DNA of 64,000 nt from Selaginella moellendorffii (taxonomy: Eukaryota; Plantae; Lycopodiophyta). The notes beneath the pieces were generated by a model. The model was not told the DNA's origin and searched no databases. It saw only the letters and a program-made list of their open reading frames with translations. Positions 23,951 to 36,200 of this stretch are shown in pieces. The translations under genes were made by a program, and so were the position numbers. The DNA is taken from positions 2,544,041 through 2,608,040 of the forward strand of contig NW_003314263.1 of the NCBI RefSeq assembly GCF_000143415.4. Reading direction: 5' to 3'. Each line of letters begins with the position of its first letter. The first letter of the stretch is position 1.

Positions 23951-25785
23951 CACTAGTTTCCCTGAAAGTGCGCTCTTAATATTGTATTAGTTCCTAAGGG
24001 GCAATTGAGAAATGTACCTATATATTGCATCAATCCAAGGTACCCATATCAAGAAGGATGAATTTGGGACCTTTGGTGATGGTCATAAAGATGCACTGCC
24101 AATGGTGTCATGGAAAATGAAGTCATTGTGTTTGAATTATAATTATGATGTTCTCTTTGGATAAGAGTGTTGATGAGGGTATAGAGAGATGATGAGGAGC
24201 AGGATACATGGCTGGGAGACGAGTTGTCATTGTGTTGACAAAACTGAGTCATCAAGTTTGGTGGTCATGTGGTCTAGCATCAGATTTTTTTAAAAAGAAA
24301 ATTCCTTCAAGAATATAAAAGGGTAAGTATTATAATGTTCCACTTTATATTCTACAAGTGGACAATAATAAGAGGTATAGTGTCATTGTTGTCCCACTTA
24401 TGTAGCCCAAATGTTCAATAAATTCTACTTAGACAAGTGGAAGAAATGCTTGTCATATATTAATCCCAAAATCTAGCATCAAAAACTCATGACAATTGCT
24501 ATAGTAAAATTAACTTTATTGGTATAGAAGTTTATATAATGAAACACCAACAAAATTCCATACTTTTATAACATATATATACCGAAAAGAAGGTAAATAA
24601 ATATCTCAATCTGAATGTTGAAAGTTTATATACTTCACGATCATCCCTTTAAAGGTTTGAACGAGTGATTTCACCAAACCATCTATTTGTGAATGATAAG
24701 CACTTGTGAAAGTGTGGTGTATCTTTAGCCGAGAAGTTAAAATGTGAAATGCTTCAATAATAAATGTGGGATTATTATCTAAGAGAATTTGCTCTAGACA
24801 AAAATGCTAAAACACCACTCAATTAAGGAGGAAGTATTCAATAGTAGTTGCAAATACACTAGCAAAAGCACAAATTTCCATTTAGCAAGTCAAGTAGTTA
24901 AAAGCAATAATGATATATTCATTGCTAGCAATCGACTATGGAAAACACCCCATTAAATCAAATGCCACCAATTGAAACAGACAATAAATTATAATTGATT
25001 CCAACCGTCCTACAGTACAAGGGGGAATATTACAAACTTGGCATCAAACACAACTACACACATACCGGATAACATCATATTGCATCTCTAGTTAATAGAA
25101 AGAACTGTATAGCTTCTCAATCATACAACGATGTCCTATATACCCACCTAGAAAAGGAGAATCATGGTAGACATGAAGAAAGCATAGAATAAATATCGAA
25201 TGCACCACCAACCATAAATGATCATCAAGATCCGACCCTATAAAATAAAAGAAAGTCGTCCTCAAGGCAATATTGAAAATATAAATGCTAAAATGGCAAG
25301 TCATCAACAAATGATGTAGGATTCTCAAACCCATCATGAAGCCTTCGGATCTATAGCTCAACCTTTTAAGCTTCATGAACCTCGTCAAGAGAAGGTAAAT
25401 CTTGCTTCACACCTTGTGGATATTAAACATCAAGTACAATAACTACTAATAGCATGGAATCCTTATCTAAAAAATCCATAAATACTAAAATAATAGACTC
25501 ATCAAGAATAAGAGAAAAGAGTGAAAAAGGAAAAAAAGTTTAAGAAAGGGCGTTAACATTAGCCATAGAACTCTTTAGACAATGAATAACTTCAAAATCA
25601 TATATTTAAAGCTTTAGAGCCTATCATACAGTACAACCAACTAAGTTCTTCTACTTTAATAACAAACTAATTGTAATAAAATCACATTTTAGTAATGTTT
25701 GAAAACCATGGAAATATGTATAAAGCTTCTCAAAACTCTAAACTACTACTAAACACTTCTTCTCTATCATATAATAGTTCACCTC

Positions 25786-26526
25786 TGTAGCGCATTTTAT
25801 CTCTCTCCCCTTAAACCAACTGGAAAAGGGGCAATTGCTTAATGAGAGAGCCCTTAGTGGCTATTTTATCCCCATTTAAGTGTTTTTAGGTTTAAATAGT
25901 ATTGGGTTGAGTAAACTCTTAGAAAGTCTAAATTCAGGAACTTATATTTCCATTCTAGAGAAAAAATTCACAATGACAGTATATCCAAATCTCATCCTAT
26001 GATTACATGCACTACACTCACCCCCCCTTCAGAGATGTCAATGTCTTCATTGACTATTGACTAACAACCCCTATTGATAAGGGGAACTAGCACTTCCATT
26101 TTTGCACTGAATTTGCCAATCCTTCTATTGTGTAGACTAATTATTCCATGTGAAGCAACTAGTCATCCACCCATACCGTAGTCCCACAGTAGATACTTTC
26201 GTCCACAGATACTCCACACAAGAGGAAGGACGTATGCATGGATGCCTAATACATATGATTTCAAATTTAGGGGTAGGAATATACCTTGCTCAAGGGTATA
26301 TTATATTTTTTAGTAGCCACTAATCAATGGGAATCGAATCTGTACCATTTGTTTTGATACCACATATAGCGCACCTTATCTCTCTCCCCTTAAACTAATT
26401 GGAAAAGGGGTAATTGCTTGATGAAAAAGCCCTTAGTGGCTATTTTATCCCTATTTATCTCCCAAGGTTTCAAGGATCCACGGGGACAGTATATTCAAAT
26501 CTCATCCCATGATCACATGCGTTACA
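25786..26526 (-). mobile_element. Complete TRIM element F (741 bp)
   Basis: Direct LTRs at 25786-26016 and 26365-26526. Perfect TSD ACCTC (25781-25785 and 26527-26531). Minus-strand PBS TGGTATCAAAAC (26351-26362) and PPT GAAGGGGGGGTGAG (26017-26030). Non-coding interior of about 350 bp. Confidence 0.9.
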
Positions 26527-28135
26527 ACCTCTATTGAGTGTAATGATATACGTAATGGGATGGAACTAATCATGCACACTCATGCTCTTTTGTATCAACA
26601 CACTTCCAAAATTAATATTATAAGTATCTAAGTATAAAATGAAAGGTCAAGTGTAGTTATGATGCATCAAGATTGGAGGAGTTATCAACAACTCTTTCAG
26701 ATCCATAAATGCTCACTCACAGTCCACAAATCAAATAAAAGACTACATTGACGACTTCAACAATGCTCACAATGGTGTAGTATGAGTAAAATGATGATCA
26801 ATGAAACAATAAAATATTGCACCTTGTCTAAGAAGCAATACATATTATTCACACATTTTTCAAGATCAATTTATAAACCTTTATAAAAAATATAATACCT
26901 AAGATAAATTATGTTTTTGGACCCAAATATGCACTTTGACTGCTTCAGCTTTAAACCAACTTCCCGTAGCCAGTTCAACATGTTACAAATATCATGAACA
27001 TGCCCCTCCCATATCCTTTTTGAGTGGATCAAGACATCATATGAAGTCAGCAATCACCTCTAATATATCACAAAGAACTTTATCCATCATTTGCTAGAAA
27101 GTTGTTGGAGCATTGTTCAAACTGAAAAACATCACCAAGACTTTGTACAAGCCAAATATTATACAAAAAGCAATCTAGGGAACATCTTGCTCAGCCATTA
27201 GCACTTGCTAGTACTTAAAAGCAAAATCTAACTTAGTGAATCCATGACTTCTCCCTAGACAATCTAGAAAATCGCAATGTGAGGAAAAGGGTATACATTT
27301 AGGATAGTTACCTCATTTAATGGATAATAGTCAATGCAGAAGTAAATACTCCTATTAGACTCTTTCACAAGATAAAGTTCACATGCCCAAAGACTCTGAA
27401 ACTTTTGAATAACACCCTTTTCTAACATTTATTTGATGTTTGCACATAAAATCTTAATATCTTTTGGTGACCAATGCCAAACATGAACCTTGACTAGATG
27501 AGCATCCCTAGTTGGAATATTACAATCTTAACCCTATACAATATGTCAAAGTTGAAAATATTAGCATACTCCTTGAGTCGATCTACTACTTTTTATTGTG
27601 TTTCCATTTTGCTCCTTTACTCCCTCTCAAAATCCCTCCGATAGTCTTTATGTTATAGAGAAGCAAAAGTGATGGAAGTAGAGGTAGAAGCAAAGGGATA
27701 ATGGGGAATAAAAGTGAGAAATAAAAGAAATATAAGGAAATATGAAATAAAAGGGAAAAACTTTAAAGTTATAATTACGTTATAACTAATTCATACCAAG
27801 GATGAGGTCAAAAACTTGACTTAACACTATACACAACAATTGAAATTCAAGCTTGAAATCTCTCACATGCACAACTAGGTTCACCTCATTTTATATACAG
27901 ACATGTATACAGCCTTTTGCTATAAAGAATGAAGGTTAGCTCTGCCATATAACACAACTATAGACGGCAATGTGTGGCAACATACGGAGCAATAGAAGAT
28001 AAACTCGAGCATGTATAAAATAACACAAAGAGAATAATAGAAAACCTCTTATTATAAAAATGAGTTTAGAAAGTAAACACTAGATGAACTGATGCCAAAT
28101 AAACCCTTTGATGATACTTTTGAAAAAAAGAGGGG

Positions 28136-28454
28136 TGTTATGCACCAAGTCAGGATAATAGGATAAAGAAAGGGCCCTACAATCAAGTGATCACCCTTTT
28201 AGCTTGTTGGCTTAAGTTGTAAAGGATAAGATCCTAACATTGGTATCGGAGCTTAGTTTGATTCTTGTGGCTAACAAGTGGGGCAAGAATATTCTAAAGG
28301 AATATTCAATATGGTGGATCTAGAGGGAAAACCATGGTGACCAGAAGGTGGCCTAAAAATGATCGCAAATGATCATTGCTTAACTAGGGAGGATTGATAA
28401 GCACCAGGTCAAGATAATAGGATAAAGAAAGGGCTTTACAATCAAGTGATCACC
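28136..28454 (+). mobile_element. Very small TRIM-like element, 3' LTR truncated
   Basis: 104-bp LTR TGTTA...TAACA (28136-28239), PBS TGGTATCGGAGC (28241-28252), 155-bp interior, PPT AGGGAGGAT (28386-28394). Second LTR starts at 28395 and is cut after about 60 bp. Confidence 0.8.
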
Positions 28455-30494
28455 AAGTGATCAAGTGGTTTATATGAAGACTTACCATTGCAACAACAAC
28501 AATAGAACATTGTCGATGCCAAAGGCCTCTACCCAAGAAATGAAGGATGCCAATCAGAAAACATCGACAATGCTAACATGTATACTTTATCACATGCCCA
28601 ATAGCAGACATCACAACCACAACCATGTCCTCATCTTTACCCTTGAATATGAGCAATAATAGTATCAACCTCTATAAGAACATGACCATCTCTATAAAAA
28701 GTGGAGTTAAAGGACATGTAATGAGAAGTGGAAAAGGCAATGTCTCATGATGTTGTATTAGTCGAATAACATCATCAAGGGTGGTTAAAGCGAGTGCATG
28801 CACAAGTCCTATAAAATCTTGATGAAGTGTTGACCACAAACATTCACAACTTAATCTGCTTTGACATATTTGGCTCCGCATAAAGCAAGAGGCTCCAGAA
28901 ATGAACACCAAATTGCATCACTGACTTATATGGCTTTTGATGAAAACAATGCAATTGTTGAAAAACGTCTTCACAATTGTTATCATATCCAAATGTGCAC
29001 TTGAATATATCTATGAGAATGCTCCAATCCGCATGAATGGTTACATTCAAACCATTGTACCATTGTAATGCTGTCCCTTGGAGACACGTAAGAAAAATCA
29101 TGCAAATGTTGTATCATCCCAAGAATGATAAGTAGTAATCATCATAAAGTGATTGAACTAATAGTATATGTCATCCCTAGGATTCCTATAGAAGAACTCT
29201 GGCTAGACGCAAGGATTAGTAGTAAGAGTAGGAGATATACCATGCATTATGAATGCCACTATTAATTGAGTGTTGCGAATGTGATTGTGGGTATTGAAAG
29301 TTATCTATTGGCAAGTCCTTTTGGATATTCTTTCCTTACTGCCATGATGGCATGAGATCAGTATTGTTTGATCCTTTATTAGTTTTTGCTTAAGTTAGTT
29401 AAGAAATTGGTCATCACGTATGCATTTAAACTGAAAGGGCACTAAGGAAGGAAATCCTAAATTGTCATTTAGTCAAGTATACTTGACATAGTAATGAGAA
29501 ACTCATATTGTTGGTCCCTCAATATTTACTAGATAATAGCTTACCATGTTTACCAAACACTTTCGCTATCATGCACCTTGTGTTGGTCCCATTTGGTTTT
29601 ATTAGCTATTTATAGAAAGTTTCTAGATTTGCTAATTTGGCATATCTATGGAATGTAAATTGTTCTGAATACAATGGTGTTAGTTTTGTGTCTAAATTTA
29701 CAATTTAACACTATTCCAAATTTAGTAAGTTTCAAGCTTATCTTAGAGACTAACTCTTGGTCTTAAGGGTGTAAGCCTAAAGTGTTTGCTCCTCAAGGGG
29801 GTGGGGTGGGGGGGTGTTCTATATGAGGCATAATTGAGCTCCCTCTTGCGTGCTTGTCTTTGTTTTACGTCTAACTTGGGTTTAAACCCAAGTTCTATAC
29901 CATATTACCTTGCTCACATTAGGCCATTAGTATGCTAAAATAACATCAAAATCTGTTTGGCTTAGTTTTGCGTATTAGTTCTGGTATTGAGATGTTAAAT
30001 ACTCTAGAACTATTCCAACATTGATTCGTGCTTCTATCCCTTCGCTTTTTGGGCTAAATGCTCAAGAGTTGCTCCTTGCTTATATCCCTTTACTCTTTGG
30101 GCTGAATGTTTAGGAGTTGCTCCATGCTTTGATTCCTTTGCTCTTTGGCTATAAACTTGGGAGTTTGGCTCCATACCTTCATTCAGTGGCCCAAAGCTCT
30201 AAAACTTGGGTTCCACTCCATTGTCCTTAAACATGTGGTATGTGACACATGGCACATAGAGGGTTTAGATGTGAGACAAAAAATCCCTAGGCCCCAAAGT
30301 GGAGCCGGAAGGGTGCCACGTGGTAGTGGTTGAAGCGAAAGCCAAACAAGCGTAACACGTTTAGACTAAAAGCTTCAACTTGAAAGGTTAAGAGTGGGAG
30401 TGGAACTCTCTATGAAGTGCTCAAGGAACAAGCACAGAGCAAGCAATAAATAAGTCTTTAGAAAAGGGACACAAGAGGACCAACACATGGCACA

Positions 30495-30800
30495 TGGAGG
30501 ACTCCGACATAGACCCGAGATGAAGTCTGAGATGGAGTTTGGGAAGGAGTACAAGATGGAGTCCGAGATGGACTCAAGATGGACTCGAGATGGACTTGAG
30601 ATGGAATTCGAGATGGAGTTCGAGATGGACTTGAGATGGACCTAAGATGGAGTCTGAGATGGAGTCCGAGATGGACCCCGAGAGGGCCCCAAGATGGAGT
30701 CTGAGATGGACTCCGAGATGGCCTTGAGATGGACCCGAGATCGAGATTGAGCCCAAGCCCGGGCCCGAGCCCGAGACCGAGTCCGAGTTGGAGTCCAAAG
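30495..30800. repeat. 12-bp minisatellite GAGATGGA(G/C)TCC plus 6-bp GAG(T/A/C)CC units in the family B LTR
   Basis: Visible tandem array. Reverse-complement copies at 42640-42990 and 51450-51795, and a related 6-bp array at 46015-46250. Confidence 0.9.
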
Positions 30801-31462
30801 GCCGCGGGGGGGGGGGGGGGGGTTAAGGGGGGTTCCAAAAGTATAGTAGGGAGAGTGTGGGGGTTGGATCCTAGTGGAGCCAATTTGGCCAGGAAAGGCC
30901 AATTTGGCCCAGGAAGGTTGTGCCCAAGTGCTGGGTGCTGGGATAGCCACTGGGATGTCCAAGGCTAAAGGGAATACGGACTGACAAGCAGGGTATTTTG
31001 GTGAAGTGTTCAAGAGCCAACTTTAGTTCCTCTGGGAGATCGAATGGTTGATGCTCCCAGTCCAAATGTGGGTGGCACTACCTACTTGGATACCTGACAT
31101 GGCTCAATAGAACCTTGCTCTAAGCCCATGGCTAGAGCACCCAAAGGCAGAAGGTAGGGAGAGTACCCATGAGGCATGTGTAGGGCCATAGTGTTCCGAA
31201 ATGTTGTCCCAAAGTCCCAGACTGTGGAAAGGAAGAGGAGTAGCCCTTTGGTGTGGTGATCAAAGACACAGTTGCATGGTGAGGAAGTCCCAGAGGACTG
31301 TGGGATTTAGTGGTTAGGCCTGTGGGTCTTGATCCAGTGGCAATATTGGCGAACACAGCCATGGACAGAAAGGGACTTGGTGGGGACTGGAAAAGAGATA
31401 TTGGGGAAGGCTATTCCCTATGTTTACGGGCATCTTAAGGATGCTAAGGAGTGGATCTGGGA

Positions 31463-32042
31463 TGACCACTCATGAACAGATGGCCCAGTCATGGAGAGAT
31501 GGGATTGCAATGTAGGTGGTGTTGGACCACCGATGTGACCAAGGTGAATGGGCATGGCCTAGCGTAATGGGCTGATATGTCGGTGGTACCTTGGGGTGTC
31601 GGTCATGGGATCGGACATGTGGAGCACTTGGACCAAGTGCAAAAGTTGAGTGGCATGAATGCCATCCTTGGAGTTAGCAAGCCCCAAGTCCTAAATTGGA
31701 CTTATGGAGGTTGTGAGTGAGACTCCTCCTAGTGGTCAGAGAGGATGTTAAGTGACCACTCATGAACAGATGGCCTAGTCTTGGAGAGACGGGATTGCAA
31801 TGTAGGTGGTGTTGGACCACCGATGTGACCAAGGTGAATGGGCATGGCCTAGCGTAACGGGCTGATATGTCAGTGGTACCTTGGGGTGTCGGTCATGGGA
31901 TCGGACACATGAAGCACTTGAACCAAGTGCAAAAGTTGAGTGGCGTGGATGCCATTCGCGGGGCTAGCAAACCCCAAGTTTTGAATGGGACTTATAGAGG
32001 TTGTGAATGAGACTCCTCCAAGTGGTCGGAGGTGCGGTTAAG
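31463..32042. repeat. 290-bp tandem duplication in the 5' LTR of B
   Basis: Units begin TGACCACTCATGAACAG at 31463 and 31753. The 3' LTR has only one unit (44678-44966). Confidence 0.9.
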
Positions 32043-33114
32043 TGACTAAAGTAAAATGGAAAAATTAGTCTCTTACAATTTGGTATCGGAGTTGTTCCTT
32101 AGTCCGACGCTTATTGGTGGCTAAGTATATCACCACTTGTATTGGAATTGGAAGGTCCTAGGTATGTGTTGCGAATGTGACTTCAGGTATCGAAAGTTAC
32201 CTGTCGGCCAGTCCTTACGGACACTCTTACCTTACTGCCACGACGGCAGGAGATCGGTATTGCTAGACCCTTTATTAGTCTCTCTTGTTCAAGTGTTAGT
32301 AAACTGGGCTTAGCACCTGTACTTAGCCAGATGGACATAAGGTAGGAACTCCTATGTGTTTCTAGCTGAGCATACTCAGCCTGGCTTTTAGTTCTCTTTT
32401 GCTCTGTCTTGCACTGGCTTGACAAGAACCCTCGCATATTGAGATTAGTCCCTCAATATTGCTACATGATAGCTTACCGTGTCTGCCAAACACCCTCGCT
32501 ATCATGCCCTTTGTGTTAGTTTCAATTCGTCCCAGATGCTATTTATGGAAAGTGTCCAGATTTGCTCATTTGGCATATCTACGGAATGTAGAGATCGTCC
32601 TGAACACAATGGTGTTCGTCCCGTGTCCAAATTCGCAATCTAAGGACATTCCATATTTAGTAAGTTTTGAGCTTGTCCCAGAGACTAACTCCTGATACTA
32701 AGGGAGGCTTGGGGTGAAAGCCCAAAGCGTGTGTTCCTCAAGGGGGGGGGGGCTATGGGGGGTTCCAAATGTATAGTAGGGATAGTGGGTAGGTCGGGCA
32801 TGGCCGACCAACCTGAGGCATAGTCTAGCTCCCGCTTGCGTGCCTGTCCTTGTTCTGCGTCCGGCTTGGGTCTAAGCCCAAGTTCCATTCCATGCTAGCT
32901 GGTGGAGTACCCATACTCTCACGTTAGGCCACCGGTATGCCGAAATAGCGCCAAACTCCGTTTGGCTCCGTTTTGCGTGTTAGTCCTGGCATTGGGATGT
33001 TGGTTGCTTTAGGACTGTTCCAAGTCGCTCCGGGCTCCTGTCCCTTCGCTCCTTGGGCTATATGCTCGGGAGTTGCTCCGTGGTCTGGTTCCATCACTCC
33101 TTGGCGTCACGCTT

Positions 33115-33214
33115 NNNNNNNNNNNNNNNNNNNNNNNNNNNNNNNNNNNNNNNNNNNNNNNNNNNNNNNNNNNNNNNNNNNNNNNNNNNNNNNNNNNNNN
33201 NNNNNNNNNNNNNN
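33115..33214. other. Assembly gap (further gaps at 54695-54955 and 56293-56659)
   Basis: Runs of N. The twin LTR implies this 100-N gap holds about 49 bp (39314-39362). Confidence 0.98.
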
Positions 33215-33225
33215 GGGTTCCTATG

Positions 33226-33276
33226 GACACGTGGCATGGACACGTGGTATGTGACACGTGGCATCTGTCACGTGGC
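33226..33276. promoter_or_regulatory. Array of four G-box/ABRE motifs (CACGTGG) in the LTR of A; second copy at 39374-39424
   Basis: GACACGTGGC-GACACGTGGT-GACACGTGGC-GTCACGTGGC at 13-14 bp spacing. Confidence 0.7.
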
Positions 33277-36200
33277 ACAAAGAGGGTTTAGGTTCCGCTT
33301 CGTGGTGTTATCCTATGGTAAATCACCATAGGATAAAGGGTCAAAACCACGTGCGCTACATTTGGTATCAGAGGATGAGTCTCAGCGAGTACTATTCAAT
33401 GAGATTGGGCAACTAGTCTCGTTGCATACGCAGAGATGAAAACGATGATCCGAGTGGGTACACGTTTAGGTGCAATGATTTCGCAATCGTTCCTTGGGTA
33501 TGGATATTGTTACCTTGTTGTACCTTATGATGTGAGCTTGCGTTTGGGCTCATAGGATGGTTTGGAGATGTTCTGTTTGCACGAGTTTGAGCTTGAGCTT
33601 GTGAGTGAGGCACATTAGCAACTCGAGGTTACACTTTGAGTTGGCAGGATTAATGTTAGCCTATCGTTGGTTCCATAAGTTGTTCTAGTGGTTCCGTGAG
33701 TTGTTCCTTGTACCATGGGTGAAAAGCAAACCTCCCTGGGTTTGCTGTGAGTGGCAAATAGGCTGGTCCATAGCTGTTTAGCACGGCACTAGTGGATCCT
33801 TCCTAGGCATGATTATGATTGGATCAATCAAGACTGTAGGGAATAGTCTATTGGTTCAAGTAATCATTGCCGTGCTCTCTCATAAACTTTTCTTTGATTG
33901 AACTGAAGGCAGTGTGAAAGCAAGTTTGAGGTTTGGTCAAAGATGAGACCGAAAAGAGAGTCGTCAGGGACGAAGGATCAAATACGTAAATCATTTTCTC
34001 TTCTTGGAGAGATGATTTGCAACGATGTGTTAACTCATTGCTTGTGTTTACATTATGCAATCAAGAGTCCCTACCTTGATGCATGTTGGAAATGATGGTC
34101 TTACAAATGGTGAGTTGTGGGATGGATAGCGGTGAAACGTTATACCATTTTGTCTAAGCTTGCTATGGAAGACTGGGGTTGCAATGCTCAATTCTTTTCC
34201 AGGGAACCTTGCTATTGCTCCTTGAGTAGCTTAGTGTTGGAATAGTTTTGAGATTGGTCGGAAAGAGAGTGGCATAAGCTTGTCTGTGTTATGAACAAAA
34301 GTTAGTGGTGTTGGGTGTCGTAAATCTCTATTGGTGGAGTGTGGCATTTATGTTGCATTTTGTCGAATCGAGTTGGCATTTGATACTCACATAAACGTTT
34401 AAAGTAATGACATAAGCCTTGCTCATTGCGTTACTCAATTGATGATCAAGTCATTGTGATTTATATCATATCCATGTGATAATGAGCAATGTGTTTACGA
34501 AGTTGCTTGGGTAAATGATGATCAACCCCAAAGTGGTTGATGGAGAAGCTAGTCTACTTGCACGAAGTAGCATTGTAGTAGCCTTGACTGGATTCTCAAT
34601 GGTGGTCCATTATGCTAAGCTTATGTTGGTACCTTGTTTCCTTGAGGGTTTGCCCATAAGGTGTTGGAAAAGGGTTATAGCATTCATTTGTTATAGCTCA
34701 TCGGTTGATCCATTAGCACTTGGAATAAATTATTGGATGGAGAAGGTGTGTAGTTGGGGCATTGACATCACTAGCACTTGTGTTAGTGGAAGTGGCATTG
34801 TTATTTCAAGTGATGAGGAATTTTCCTTGGACCTTGATTTTTCATGTCATTTATCTTGTTAGTGTTTTGGCTTCACATTGGATCTTGAAGGTGATTGAAG
34901 AAGAGTGTTAGTGCAATGTGGATATCCAAAGATGTGGTCTTAGTGATCAAGCTTTGGATGTTCATTTTGCACTTTGCGGATGACGGTGTTGGATATCGGT
35001 TAAATGGGCAAAGATGTTCGATGCTTAAGCATATTTTTGGATCATGAGAATTTTTGTTGAGGTGAACCTATGTGGAGTTGTTAGTAGGAGGAAGTTGGTT
35101 GAGTCTTGAAAGTTTGCAATTCTGGATTGAGAGTCATTCTTTCTCTAGGATGGAAAATTTTCCACAAATTTTCTTAGACTTTTCCAATGGCTGATCTATT
35201 GATCACTTTGCTCGAAAACCATTCCATTTTTGAAAGCCAGTACAAACTAGTGAAGGGGTTGAAGTTGACTTCGGTTGGCTTAGATCTTAGTAGGTAGTTT
35301 GTATGATGCGGCCCGAAAGGGATGCTAACTTTTGGGGCTAAAGCAATTGAGTTGGATAGAGTCTGGAGTTGGTGTAGAAAAGTGGCTGTTGCGCTTTTCT
35401 AAGAAAGGTGACCCTTGTGCCTTTCTTTTATAGCGTTGTGCTTGGTGATAGTTTGCACCTTGCATTTCGTTATACTCTATGAGAGTAGTGAGCTCTCACT
35501 GATCTTGACTTGGTCTTGGTGGCCCTGCACCTTGGCTGAGGATGGTGATGTCCAACTTAGTTGTTTGAGGTTGAGATGTTGGTACCCGTACTATAGCTTT
35601 GTCTATGAGGAGGTTGTGTACCGATATGAGTCCATCTCATGGTCTTCACTTTAGTTTCGACTGAGTGTTGATCACATAGCTAGCCTCTTCAAGGCATGCT
35701 CAGAGCTATTGACTAAATGCATTAGTGAGCTTATTGCGGTTGAGTTGGATTCGAGTGGTCATTTAGTTTGTGCTTGTCTATGAACTTTTATCTCGTACCT
35801 GGGGTATTATGTTCATGTTGGACAAGTATGTAACTCGATGACATGAGTTAGTGTTCGGGTCTTGTGAAGGCAAGTTGAAGGGCGATTGTTAGTTGATTTG
35901 CAACTAGTGATTACTTGTAGACTTTGTCAAAAAGACAGTTGACACTTGCTTTGCTCGATGATGATTTAGCAGTGGTGGGTTTGCTTGACCGGATCGTGTT
36001 GCGGAGGATCGTGTTGTTGGACTTGCATGGTTTTCCATGTTGGCATGTTGACTATACCTCTATTGATATCATTTGGTTACATTTAATCCGTAGTGTTGGA
36101 TTTCATTGAGTCTTGGACGTGGTGAATCACTCCTTGATGATGTGTTCTCTATAACTGAGTATTGTTAGAGGATTGGTCTCCGATACTAAGTATAGTATCT

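Larger units (their letters stand above)
24400..29270 (-). mobile_element. Degenerate Ty3/Gypsy retrotransposon relic G (gag, RT, RNase H and integrase remnants)
   Basis: Minus-strand remnants in Gypsy order: gag LQGTALQWYN (28844-29101); RT FCIDYYPLNEVT (about 27300-27340), VMFFSLNNAPTTF*Q (about 27090-27135) and YDVLIHS...GLKLKQSKC (26871-27053); RNase H DAS (about 26660); integrase YHSQIDGLVKSLVQTFK (about 24648-24700). Many stops and frameshifts; boundaries approximate. Confidence 0.85.

Noticed and set aside
30495-30800. CRISPR-like appearance of regular repeats
   Set aside because: Contiguous minisatellite with no unique spacers, no cas genes, and a eukaryotic context.
32459-32695. Identical 78-aa ORF at 32459 and 38659
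   Set aside because: It lies in the twin LTRs; identity reflects LTR duplication and it lacks an ATG start.
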